Positions 1-11,687 of a stretch of DNA of 46,182 nt are shown one piece after another (position 1 is the stretch's first letter; each line of letters starts with the position of its first letter). The notes beneath the pieces are model-generated. The model saw nothing but the letters and a program-made list of their open reading frames with translations, made no database searches and was not told the origin of the DNA. Source of the DNA: Octopus sinensis (taxonomy: Eukaryota); contig NW_021834588.1 of the NCBI RefSeq assembly GCF_006345805.1, forward strand, positions 1 to 46,182. The letters are read 5' to 3'. Made by a program: the position numbers and the translations under genes.

Positions 1-526
1 CAGAGAGAGTATATGAAGAAAATTTGGCAGGACAAGAAAATGCACCGTCGGTTTTTGAAGAAAGATGAGATTGATTGGAATGGAAACTGGCAATGGCTGC
101 AGAAAGGAGACTTAAAAGGGCCTACTCAGGCATTAGTGTGCAGCGCTCAAGAAAATCTCTCAGAACAAGCTACTCCAAATATCACATTGATAAAGCACTG
201 ACTCACCACAGTCTAGGATGTGCTCTGAGAAAGGAGAATGTATGAGCCATATTGTTAGGGAGTGTTGTAAGCTCACACCGACACGAATACAAAAGAAGGA
301 ACGACAATGTGGCCAGATATGTCCACTGGCTGTTGTGCGGTAAAGCAAAACCTTGAGAGAGTTGAACAATGGTATGAACACAAGCCAGAGGGAATAATGG
401 AAAAGGAACATTACAAAGTACTCTTGGATTTTAACATGCAGTGCGACTAAGTCATAGAGGCGAGACGCTCAGATATCGTGCTTATCCATAAAGATGAAAA
501 AGAAGTAAAGATAATAGATGTTGCGT
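1..526 (+). mobile_element. Degenerate R4/Dong-like (restriction-like endonuclease) non-LTR retrotransposon, C-terminal coding fragment
   Basis: Hand translation across frameshifts gives WQDKKMH..WQWLQKGDLK..SAQE/SLRT..YHIDK, a decayed CCHC knuckle (SRMCSEKGECMSHIVREC), YKRRNDNVARYVHW (RHD-like), WYEHKPE, and RRSDIVLIHKDEKEVKIIDVA (PD..D endonuclease motif). Multiple stops and frameshifts. Confidence 0.85.
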
Positions 527-699
527 AATCTACCCTACATTAAATAGAATCGTCAACAGGTACTATAACACCTTGATGACTCAACGAAAGTACAAAATAA
601 AATAAAATAAGAGAAAAGCGAATGCCGAAGAAACGGGAAGCCTTTAAAAATTGAAAACTCATAATCTACCACTATACAAAAAAGTTTTGTCGACATATT

Positions 700-975
700 C
701 GGAAATCATAAATATTCATCCGTTCCCAATGTTAGAAGCAACCGTGAAAGCGAAATCCATTCCTATTAGAATTGATTACGAAATATCTATAGCGTTAAGT
801 CAGTTTTAAGCAACATGTTAAAAACCAAAGTCATACAAGTGTTATGTGATGTCCTGCATATATGGATGACATCAAACTATGTACTACGGATTACAAACAA
901 CATGAAAGCATTTACGTATCGCCAATGAGTTCAGTAGCGAAATTAATATGAAAATAGTGATCTTGTAAAGAGAAT
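700..975 (+). mobile_element. Degenerate R4-like reverse-transcriptase fragment containing the catalytic YMDD motif
   Basis: 856-882 reads AYMDDIKLC, followed by ..RIANEFSSEINMK, resembling YMDDIKLY..EFS.DI.M of this clade. It lies downstream of the endonuclease fragment, so it is a separate piece. Confidence 0.6.
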
Positions 976-1161
976 TCATTTCGAATTACCAAGATGGAAT
1001 TTTCTTTTAAAAATGAAAACGACTTTTCGTGTCGCTTTTATCGGAACTTTTCCAGGCGGTATTTTCAAACCAAGCATTTTTTGGCTGTCTTACATGGTCA
1101 TCAATATATTTTAATTCGAAATGACTCCAGAGGTTAAGCAGTTGTAGTCGGTGGAAAAGGT

Positions 1162-1193
1162 TAGTAGTAGTAGTTAGTAGTAGTAGTAGTAGT
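1162..1193. repeat. (TAG)n microsatellite
   Basis: Direct read. Confidence 0.9.
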
Positions 1194-1299
1194 ACCAATA
1201 ATTGCTCGAAAAATAAGGAGTGTTACCTAAGTTCACTGATAGTGAATGGCTGATACCGTAGTACATCTCCACCGATAGAAGCTGTGCAAAGACATTATT

Positions 1300-1304
<5 letters not shown>

Positions 1305-1367
<63 letters not shown>
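1305..1367. repeat. (AAT)n microsatellite
   Basis: Direct read. Confidence 0.95.
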
Positions 1368-1370
1368 TAT

Positions 1371-1928
1371 GATAGCCCTGATGCAGTACCAGGTAGTGGG
1401 TCTCATGGCTTCTGATCTTAACTGATTGGAAGTGTTATCATGTACATTGATTTGTCTTATTATAAAAGATGGGCTACAGCAAATATTCTGCTCAATACCA
1501 CAGATTTGCTTGTCAGTTGTTTGACCATAACCAGTTGAGCATGTCCCTTAGTGGCTGACGATACGTGCATCTCTGATCATGAGCAGAAGTAGTGGGGGAG
1601 CATCATAGCCGTGTGTTGAAAGGGATTCTTAGAGGTTTGGATAATTTACTTTTCGAAACATGGGTGGTTCTTTCAACATTCTTAAACAACCCTTATTCAG
1701 GGACCTTTTGAGCGGGATGGGTTACTCGAGCAGAAAAAAATTGAGATTGGGCCCCACCAGCAAGGTCATGCGCTGTTTATTTTGATATGAGATCACCATG
1801 TCGCGCACATATGGTTGTGATGCATGTGCCTAGTGTACCTTTATCAGACGGGTAGTCATGATGGGTAAATTGGGCTTCGTATATTTTATCCCAGTGTCAC
1901 TTTGATGGCATGCACGGCTCTCTCACTC
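1371..1928 (+). mobile_element. ~560-bp interspersed-repeat-like segment embedded in (AAT)n, probably the 3' end of a 5'-truncated non-LTR element
   Basis: Complex, higher-GC sequence abutting (AAT)n on both sides and ending ..CTCTCACTC-(AAT)n. No ORF. Family assignment is inference. Confidence 0.5.
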
Positions 1929-2095
1929 AATAATAATAATAATAATAATAACAATAATAATAATAATAATAATAATAAGAAGAAGAAGAAGAAGAAGAAG
2001 CAGAAGAAGAAGAAGAAGAAGAAGAAGAAGAAGAAGAAGAAGAAGAAGAAGAAGAAGAAGAAAAAGAAGAAAAAGAAGAAGAAGTAGAAGAGGAA
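1929..2095. repeat. Compound (AAT)n-(AAG)n microsatellite
   Basis: Direct read. Confidence 0.95.
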
Positions 2096-2281
2096 GAGTC
2101 CTTTATAATGCAGGCACACGGCCTGAAATTTTCGGTGAGGGTGCTTAGTTGACTACATCAACCCCTGTACTTGATTGGCATTATTTTATTAACCGACAAA
2201 AGGATGAAAGGCAAAATCGACCTCGGCAGGATTAGATCCCAGAATGTACAGATGAACGAAATGCCGCTAAGAATTTTGCCA
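2096..2281 (-). mobile_element. SINE family B, degenerate copy
   Basis: Reverse complement aligns to the core (GCCGAGGTCGA.TTTGCCTTTCATCC) of the copies at 9147 and 40921. Confidence 0.75.
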
Positions 2282-2450
2282 ATAATAATAACTTGCAGGT
2301 AATTCTCTGTGATGTAAGAGAAGAAATACTTGACATATTTTAAATTAAGAAGAGAAAGCATTAATAATTAAAAAACGCTATGGCATCGGGTAGGTGTACT
2401 TAAGTATGATTAGTTTAATATAACGCAGAACTTCTCAGAGCTTACCTTAC

Positions 2451-2555
2451 CAAAACATGTAATAGAATTATTCTGGCCATAAGATGATTATGATAAAGAA
2501 AACAAAAGCAACGCAAGCAAGATTCTAGGTTTTGCGTTACCATCTGATAGCAGAG
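2451..2555 (-). other. Candidate internal exon (105 nt) of an unidentified gene
   Basis: Minus strand: long pyrimidine tract ending CTCCTTTTGCTTCAG, then 105 nt, then TTG|GTAAGGTAAG (two tandem donors). Frame 0 is open: LCYQMVTQNLESCLRCFCFLYHNHLMARIILLHVL. No recognisable homology. Confidence 0.45.
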
Positions 2556-2822
2556 CTGAAGCAAAAGGAGTAGGAACATATTAAAACAAAGTAACAAGAA
2601 TTGGACAGAGAATTGAAAAAAAAAAAAAAAAAAAAAATTCGATCCATGCAAATGGAAGTCATTAATATTCAAGAACTGTTTTAAAGGTAGTGATACCTTG
2701 AAATTGAGGCGCGGATAAAACTACAGGAATCTGTCATTCTATATTCCGTAGAAAATACTTTGCGAATAATTTGTCACTGTTCTCGGACGTTAATTCGTTT
2801 GATATGATTGAGATCAAACAGG

Positions 2823-3085
2823 GATAATAATAATAATAATATAATAATAATAATAATAAGATAATAATAATAAAATAATAATAATATAATGATAATAATA
2901 ATAATAATATAATAATAATAATGATATGATAATAATAATAACAATACTACTACTACTACTACTACTACTACTAATAATAATAATAATGATAATGATAATA
3001 ATAATAACAATACTACTACTACTACTACTACTATACTACTAATAATAATAATAATAATAATGATGATAATAATGGTAATAATAAT
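2823..3085. repeat. Compound (AAT)n/(ACT)n microsatellite with a duplicated AAT-AAC-AAT-(ACT)n block
   Basis: Direct read. Confidence 0.9.
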
Positions 3086-3115
3086 ACATTCATGCATTTG
3101 CTACGAGAGGTTGGA

Positions 3116-3218
3116 TATAAAACAATGTCTTACAATTATAAAACAATGTCTTACAATTATAAAACAATGTCTTACAATTATAAAACAATGTCTTACAATT
3201 ATAAAACAATGTCTTACA
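3116..3218. repeat. Perfect 21-bp minisatellite, 4.9 copies (TATAAAACAATGTCTTACAAT)
   Basis: Units start at 3116, 3137, 3158, 3179 and 3200 with no mismatches or spacers. Confidence 0.95.
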
Positions 3219-4069
3219 GAGAGGATGTACAGGACGTATGAAATGCACAACAGCAGTTTTATAATAATGAGTTTGAAGCCAAGCCTTATGGAAAAATATT
3301 GCTTTGACAGAGAATTCATACAGAAAGGTCAAAGCAAATACACAAGCGTCCATCCATCTATACACATCATGTATACACACACATGAACATGCCTTTACAC
3401 GTATGAATTACAAAAGAACAAAAGTTAAGTAATCACTTTCATTAGCTCACAGCCGTTTCTGCTACAGGAGACATGAGTGCCAATACAATGCTTTATAACT
3501 TCTTCAGAGTCATAAATAAATATTTCAGCTTAAAAACATTTGCATGCTTGCTTCTGATGGGTGATATACCGTAGTAGTGTTGTTCTCATTATAATGTGTA
3601 TTAATGGTAAGTTTAGCTTGTCTCCACAGTGGCAGGGAAACGGCCAGGATGAGGTTGGGTCTGATCAATTCTCATTTCTTGAAGCGAAATCTTCTGCAGA
3701 CAGAGACCTGTCTGAATATAATAATAATTTTTTTTCGTAAGATCACCAGAAGGTAGCAAAATCTTCATCGTTTTTTTTTTCCTGCAAGAGAGTATATTTT
3801 ATTCACATAACATTCGAGATGAAGACGATTAAAAACGACTTCAGTCTGCGTTCTGCAACTGGAAAAGTTTGTTGTACATAAGATGTATATAATAAGTGGA
3901 AAATGTTTCTCGTCTGTAAGTCACTCGCAGCCACACATCCACAACCACACCAGCAACCTCTCTCTCTTTCTCTCCTTCTCACTTACCCACTCTCATATAT
4001 ATACACGATCGCGTGCATACAAACGTTAAGTGGGCGACAATATATATGTGCATATATACACACATAGTG

Positions 4070-4205
4070 GGTGAATGTATATGTGTGTGTGTATGTAGGC
4101 ATACACACACACACACACAAATATATATATATATATATAATATATATATAAAACATATATATATATATACATGCAAATATATATATATACTATATAAATA
4201 TTCTA

Positions 4206-4237
<32 letters not shown>

Positions 4238-4399
4238 GCATATATATATACACCACACACACAAACATATATGATATATATGATATGCACATGTTATAAG
4301 CATTGGACATATATAATCGATACTCAAATATATACAAGTATAAGTAAAAATACATGATATATATATATTATATATATATATATATAGATATATACATAC

Positions 4400-4430
<31 letters not shown>

Positions 4431-4440
4431 ATATACATAT

Positions 4441-4472
<32 letters not shown>

Positions 4473-4546
4473 AAATACAACATATAATATATATATATAT
4501 TACTGTGTGTGTACACACGCATATAATTAAATAAACACACGCACGC

Positions 4547-4618
<72 letters not shown>

Positions 4619-5069
4619 GGAAAGGGAAGATATGGAAAGAGCAGAGAGGAGAGCGAGAAAGAGAGAGAGAGAGAGCGAGACTGAATGAATGTAGGAGAAG
4701 TAGATAGATACAAATATATTTAATTAAAGTAGATACCAATCTAAATTATTTTCCCTCTTTACGTTTAACGCAAATTAAAATTTTCTTATGTAGATAACTT
4801 ACAGTGAATAGTATTTGTGTGTATAAGCATGAAAACCTGCAAGCATCACATATATACACATGCATATACACATGTACGCAAATATATATTCATATACCTA
4901 TATACATACATATGTACACATACATACACACACACATCTACACATAGTTATGTGTATATGTGTTCGCGGTGTGTATATTCGCGCTTGTTTGTTTCTGTGC
5001 ATATGTATGAAGACATCTATACATACATACATATATACATACACCCACACACAAACACACACACACACG

Positions 5070-5105
<36 letters not shown>

Positions 5106-5848
5106 CATGCATTATTACATAGTTATACACACATATGTATACATAGGTGTCTGTGTATGTGCGTGTGTTAATGATGTCGGTAACTTATATTTTTAGAACA
5201 CGCAACCATTTTGTTGACAAACTTTCTCGATACTTGAGGTTGATTTGTTTAGTTTGGTTAATAATTATTGAGAACAGCCAATAAATTGATATCTCTGCAT
5301 TGATTTAATCACAACATGGCGGTCTCACGAGACATTCGATACACAATGTCTACATATTTAGATTTAAAGAGCTGTACAAGAAATATAGTCTATATTTATA
5401 CAAATATAAATGGAGAACCAACACAAATAGTTTTTTCCTTCTTCTATTCATCTCTGTCACACGTATATAAAGACATACACACATATGCTTAAATACATAG
5501 ATCGATCTTGTTCAGCGTAACAGGCAGATAAACCATGTTGTGTGTATATATACATATATATACACACACACACACATGTATATATACATATATACGAACG
5601 TATACACACTCTAACATGTATTCACATACACTTACACACCTACATATACGTCCCTTTTATTCAACGTTTTTTTTTAGCGTCTATTGCCATTAATACCCGA
5701 CGAGAATGCATCGTAGCTCTTCGCTCCGACATTCAAAACTCCGAGTACCATAGTGACAACTTACTGATTGTCCTAAATTACACTCACACACACACATCCA
5801 TACCCACCCACCACCGCACACATATATATATGCATGTATATTGGTGTA

Positions 5849-5880
<32 letters not shown>
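4070..5880. repeat. Cluster of (TA)n/(CA)n/(GA)n/(TACA)n low-complexity tracts
   Basis: Tracts at about 4070-4720, 4850-5170 and 5540-5880. Confidence 0.9.
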
Positions 5881-5883
<3 letters not shown>

Positions 5884-6249
5884 CTCTTATATATGAGGAG
5901 GATACCCAAAAGTAACTGGAAACGTTCTCTGTTTTAGTTCAAGCTTCCACCGCTAGAAGCATCTTGACTCGATCCTCAGGCATCAGTTTGTGAACCGGCG
6001 GCGTGAACTGATACCGTACTGTCACGTGGTGTGTCTTCGCTTTGCAGTGCTTCTCCCTTGTTCGTCGAGTTTTGCGAAGGAACAGCGTCCTTCCGTCAAA
6101 TTCTGTTTTCTGCTGGGGGAAACGGCGGCCGAAGCAGCTGCTAAACAAGTTACAAGGAGATTGCCATAAGCAAAATACAAGTTTACGAGTAGTTTTCACA
6201 CTTTACGAATAGTCCCTTGTCACCTGAAGACCACCCTCGTTCAGGGCTG

Positions 6250-7500
6250 TTGAGAAATTTTATCCAATTAGTCCTCAATGCTTGATCATGTGCTCTTTTC
6301 CCAGCCTTCCTTTCTGCAACCACAACCATGTTTCACTATTACTATTTTCTGCAATTATCTTTGGGAATTTGTCTTACAAAGCCTTCTATTGCCAGTCAAA
6401 TAATCTTTCTTCTTTCATCTTGTTTTTAATTACATTTGGCATTTTGGTTTCCTTATTTCCTTTTCTTATTGTATCAGCTCTTAATGATTTTTCCTCACAA
6501 TTATCTTCATAGGAGTCTATATCTTCTGAAGCTAACCCTACGCAGACTTCTACTGACATTAAACGTCTCTCACCTTCCTTTCGATATCAATATAGTCTTG
6601 CTAAGCCTGCTCTTGGATGAAGTCCCCCATTCATTTTGAATTCCTTCCTAGTTCTTCTGTCTAGATTTGCTAAATCAGGTTTTGTCCAAACTACAAAATT
6701 AGCTGAATATCTAAGTAACAATACGGCCCAAGTATTTACAACTGCATCTAGTCTTTCAGTTTGGTAAGCCTCTGTATTTCTTTAACCAGCCAGTACTCTT
6801 CAAATAAATCAGATCTTGGTCCCTTCCAGTTCAGAGTTCTTAATACATTTCCCATTAATACACTAGTTAGTTGTAGACAGGCATGCTTCTCACAACTTCC
6901 TTCTTCCCTCTCTTTTATTAACCATGCTCAGTCTTCATTATGGTCAACTGACTTATCTCCAATATCATTCCAGAACCTTTTAGCTTCTGCATTAGGCTTT
7001 CTTCTAAACTATTTCATCGGCGATAAATTTTCCTCTGGCCTGTATCAAATAATCTATTCTGTAGATACTGATCTATTCATTTCTGATATCTGGAAAGCTT
7101 ATCTGCTACTGCTATAATACTGTTTCAGCTCTACCGTAACTATCCCAAATCCTTTTTCTTTGATTAAGTGTATTTTCTCAAGAGAAAATTTAAATCTTGT
7201 GTTTCCTAACTTGTCCTGTTTCCAGGTTTCTATTCTACTCAGATCTCTTAAAGCCTTCACTTTGTTTTCCAATCTCCATTTCTACATCTGCTCCATTCTA
7301 TTCTTTTCTTAAAGAATACCAAGTATGCTAACTACTACCCCCCTTGCATAAATCAATAAGTTAATGTCACCTATATTTTTAGGGTCTATCTTACTGACAA
7401 CAGAATCTATTTTCCTAGTAATATCTAGCAGCTTCCTTCTATTAACGCTTTTTAATTCTGGTAATCATTCTCTTTCTATTTCTTTACAGAACGAAATTAA
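6250..7500 (-). mobile_element. Degenerate R4/Dong-like LINE with the RT core deleted
   Basis: Minus translation gives ..WRLENKVKAL.RDLSRI..KLSRYQK..QYLQNRLFD..RFWNDI..NWKGPRSD..YWL. It then jumps to VNTWAVLLLRYSANFVVWTKPDLANLDRRTRKEFKMNGGLHPRAGLARLY.YRKEGER..TWLWLQKG..DQALRTNWIKF. Confidence 0.85.
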
Positions 7501-8019
7501 CCACTATTACTCTCTTCTTGGTAGCTTTATCAACGTGCACAAATGCACATTTTCGATTGTTTAAAAACAAACTCGTTGCATCCTTTGTTATAGTCATTTA
7601 AATGCCGCGCGTTCGATGTTTCTTGTGTTCACGTGTTCCTGCGTGAATTGCATAAACATATTTGTTGATGTATAAACGGGAAGCAACAAACTGCATATGT
7701 GTAGTAATGGTAATGCATTTCTCATTAATTCTAGTACTGATAGTTTTGTTCACAGCTCCATTTACAACGGATCTGGCAGTTTCTCGTATTGTTTGCACTT
7801 TCTTGCACACGTTTCGCTGCGGCAACGCTTAGTCTTGACATCGCAGCTCCACGTGTTGGTTACAATTTTAAGAAAGATCGTTCGCTTTACTCAAAAGACT
7901 TACATTAAAAAATGATTTTCTTAAATTTTTTTGCGATTTCTTAATTCCTGGTTGGCGATGATTTCATATTCAATCTTTCCTCCAATGGAGGAAAGATTAA
8001 ATATGAAATATCCACCAGG

Positions 8020-8303
8020 CATCGAAACCGTTCTTCATGCACTCGTGCAGTGCTCGAGCATTGGCGATTTGAGGAGTTATGTCGGATAGATGCTGTTACG
8101 AGTAGAACAGAGCTGGCTATCAGCTGGGTCGTTGTTGTGATTGTTCTGCCGCATCTTCCGGCAATGAAAAGCAAGAAGTTTTTCTTTGTCCGGTAGCTTT
8201 GGAAAACAGGTTGCGCGGTGGACGAGACTACAATGGCTGAATACAGACACCTTCCTCTTTAGCAAGGATCATATCAATTTCTTCAAGTTTAATTTTAAAA
8301 AGG
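8020..8303 (+). mobile_element. L1/Tx1-like LINE ORF2 3' fragment (zinc-finger RVT-associated region)
   Basis: ETVLHALVQCSSIGDLRSYVG*MLLRV..., then WTRLQWLNTDTFLFSKDHINFFKFNFKK. This resembles the post-RT ET..HAL..C region of L1/Tx1 elements. Confidence 0.55.
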
Positions 8304-8307
8304 AGAA

Positions 8308-8520
8308 TGAGTTGTTAGCACACCAGCCGAAATGCTTAGCGGTATTTCGCCCGTCGCTACGTTCTGAGCTCAAATTCCACCGAGGTCGGCTTTGCCTTCT
8401 ATCATGTCGGGGTCGATAAATTAATTACCAGTTGAACACTGGGGTCCATGTAATCAACTAGTCCCCTTCCCACAAATTTGAGGCCTTGTGCTTCCAGTAG
8501 AAAGGATTATTATTATTATT
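8308..8520 (+). mobile_element. SINE family B, short-tail variant ending in (ATT)n, 5' truncated
   Basis: Core matches other B copies. Tail reads ..GGCCTTGTGCTTCCAGTAGAAAGG(ATT)n. Confidence 0.85.
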
Positions 8521-9146
8521 ATCATTGTTGTTGTTGGTATTACTATTATTTTTATTAATATTAATATTAATATTATTATTATTACAATTTATTCGTTACC
8601 TCGAGTTTCGCATGCCACTTTTCCACACGACTGAGGATTTATCGTATTATAAAATATTATACAAGAATTTGGAAAAGAAATAGACTTATACATTTTGAGC
8701 TTCTACCTTTTATATGCATATTAAATTCTAATTCTTAGAAAATGAGAATTAATTTTCCCAATGGCTTATAGAACTCACACGAAATATCGCTCCACAAAAT
8801 ATATCAAATTGAAAGCCTTTGACACTAGTGTTTCTAAAAATCATATTAGCTTCATTGAGAATTACTGTAAAGTTCGTTTATATTAACATTCCTACGCACA
8901 AAGAAACCGGAAAGAGCCTACAGATAAACCGTTCCAAGCGCAACTCTTTTCAAAAGAAGTTGGTTCGACAACATTTAAAAATATTATCTTGCGGTCAATT
9001 TTAAGTCACGCCATTACCTAAATGTCATATCCCTGATTTCCTGACAGAAAGGAAAAACCCAAAACAAATGGAAACCTCCTTAGGAAATGGAATAAGAAGA
9101 TAACAATTTGTCTTCTCCTACAAATACGGTATCCTGATCGTATTAA

Positions 9147-9377
9147 GGCGGCGAGCTGGCAGAAACGTTAGCACACCGGGCGAAATGCTCAGCAGTATTT
9201 CGTCTGCCGCTACGTTCTGAGTTCAAATTCCGCCGAGGTCGACTTTGCCTTTCATCCTTTCGGGGACGATTAAATAAGTACCAGTTACGCACTGGGGTCG
9301 ATATAATCGACTCAATCTCTTTGTTTGTCCTTGTTTGTGCCATCTGTGTTTAGCCCCTTGTGGGTAGTAAAGAAATA
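9147..9377 (+). mobile_element. SINE family B, long-tail variant, full length, 19-bp TSD
   Basis: GGTATCCTGATCGTATTAA at 9128-9146 and 9378-9396. A/B-box-like head (GAGCTGGCAGAA; GAGTTCAAATTCC) and a core GTCGACTTTGCCTTTCATCCTTTCGGGG resembling the Deu/Nin SINE domain (from memory). Confidence 0.92.
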
Positions 9378-9510
9378 GGTATCCTGATCGTATTAAATTA
9401 ATATAGTTTCGACATATTTTTTAAATTTATTTATATTTAAAGCGATTCTTGAAAATCAAATTATATATTGCAACCGTTCGTTTCGTGTTTATACAACGTA
9501 ACACAAAATA

Positions 9511-9923
9511 GGCGCAGGAGTGGCTGTGTGGTAAGTAGCTTGCTAACCAACCACATGGTTCCGGGTTCAGTCCCACTGCGTAGCATCTTGGGCAAGTGTC
9601 TTCTGCTATAGCCCCGGGCCGACCAATGCCTTGTGAGTGGATTTGGTAGACGGAAACTGAAAGAAGCCTGTCGTATATTTGTATATATTTATAAGTGTGT
9701 GTGTATATGTTTGTGTGTCTGTGTTTGTCCCCCTAGCATTGCTTGACAACCGATGCTGGTGCGTTTACGTCCCCGTCACTTAGCGGTTCGGCAAAAGAGA
9801 CCGATAGAATAAGTACTGGGCTTACAAAGAATAAGTCCCGGGGTCGATTTGCTCGACTAAAGGCGGTGCTCCAGCATGGCCGCAGTCAAAATGACTGAAA
9901 CAAGTAAAAGAGTAAAAGAGTAA
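9511..9923 (+). mobile_element. SINE family A (~410 bp, OK-like), full length
   Basis: tRNA-like head (TGGCTGTGTGG; GGTTCAGTCCC), CORE-like CTTGGGCAAGTG, internal (TA)n(TG)n tract and (GTAAAAGA)n tail. Near-identical to the copies at 24565, 25647 and 39598. Confidence 0.92.
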
Positions 9924-11340
9924 ACAAGTGAATCTCGAGTCATGTGATTAAACAAAAGCAAAATAATATTTAAGCAATAAAATATATATATAAAAACAAA
10001 CGACTGACAACACAAAAATTCGCATTAAACATCAAATAAAAATATAGAATGAATAATAAACAAATGGATTTTTAAAATCTGATTTTTATGTACATTTTAT
10101 AATACAGGATACAAGAGAATTGAAGTTTTAAATGTTACTCATAATGGGCGACATATTTTTCTCCAGCTGTCTTTTAGTACAACTTTACAAATGTTTGTAT
10201 TACATGAATTATCTAGGGAACGAATAATAGTTAATTAGTCTGTTGAATTCTGCAATGTAATTGCTACAAAGATGTAAAAAAGAAATGGAAAGCTTTCTTT
10301 AAAAACCGACTAAAATTATGAAGACTACTGATCGATATAATGTATCCTGAAGGCAATTAGTTCAGCGCTGTTTTTATTAATTGATGATTGGAACATTAAA
10401 GCATAAAATGTTGCAGTTGGGCCTTGTTGATATTACATGTGATACCGAAAAAAAGCAAGGAACTTCAACATGGTATGAATGTGTTTAATTACACAGGCAT
10501 TTTAATTTGTTAAATTGTTGTGATCATAAACACTGCCACACCCATAAAAACACACATCCAAGACCTCATAAACACAAATATTATCATGAAATAAAAGGTC
10601 ACGAGTACTTTATTTGCAACAAATGTTCCATGTATTTCCTGCAGCTCTCATTTGACTTTTATTTTTGTAATTTCAATAATTCCTAACGACATTTTGATCG
10701 GAACAGTTACTCAGACATGCCAAAGGAATATTGTGATATTCTGAAAGAAATGTCTAGATTAATGAATGCTAAAAACAAACAAAACTTCTAAACTGATATT
10801 AGAGCAGTTCAAACAAATAGCAGCTATCATCATCTCGCTAACAGCTAATAGCAGACATTTTTCTTGCAATCCAACGAAATAACATTCTGCCACGACTCAG
10901 GTGGCCGATTCCATTGGGTTCTTGTACACGAAACATAAAATGAAGAAACTGCTTCTAGCTATATCTATTATTTACTGACTATATACACTAAATAATGGTT
11001 ACCTTAGATTCTGTTGGAGTCGTATTAAACCTGGTGGAGTGCTCTTACTCCCCAGGTCTGATTGCAACCGATTTCTTCAATACACACACATGCACACGCA
11101 CGCACATAAGCACACACACGCACGCACATAAGCACACACACGCATAATCAAACTTCCCTCTTCTCTCTATATATATCATATACATACATATATATATACA
11201 TATATATATATACATATATATATATAATATATCAACACTTATAGGTGTAGTTTCCATGAAGCATTGTCTGATACATATAAATGTCTTAAACATTCTTTTC
11301 TACTCTAGGTTGAAGGCCCGAAATTTTCTACAATAGTAGA

Positions 11341-11432
11341 AGACACATGTCTAAGATGCCACGCAGTGGGACTGAGTCCGGGTCCATGTTGTTGGGAAGC
11401 AAGCTTCTTACCACACAGCCACACCTATGCCT
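11341..11432 (-). mobile_element. SINE family A, 5' head fragment
   Basis: Reverse complement of the family A head. Confidence 0.8.
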
Positions 11433-11503
11433 AGACAGACACAGACGCACACACTCACGCGCACACACACTCAACACCCACCTCACACGCATATATATAT
11501 ATT

Positions 11504-11557
<54 letters not shown>

Positions 11558-11575
11558 AATATATATATATACATT
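11430..11575. repeat. (CA)n/(TA)n tract
   Basis: Direct read. Confidence 0.85.
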
Positions 11576-11609
11576 GTGAGAAAAAGAGATAGAAAAGATA
11601 ATGTAATGG

Positions 11610-11687
11610 CATTTTATCTCGTCGAAAAGGAAAAAAATAAGGCAAAGTGGGTCTCGGCAGGATTTGAGCTCAGAACGTTAAGAACGA
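11610..11687 (-). mobile_element. SINE family B core fragment
   Basis: AAGGCAAAGTGGGTCTCGGCAGGATTTGAGCTCAGAACG is the reverse complement of a degenerate B core. Confidence 0.6.

Noticed and set aside
1550-1600. CTGACGA core in the 1371-1928 element
   Set aside because: It is followed by GAAG rather than GAAA, with no consistent stems.
3116-3218. CRISPR-like array
   Set aside because: The units are contiguous with no spacers, the context is eukaryotic, and there are no cas genes.
3789-3915. Plus-strand exon between a T-rich acceptor and GTAAGT
   Set aside because: All three frames contain stops and the acceptor is a weak AAG/GAG.
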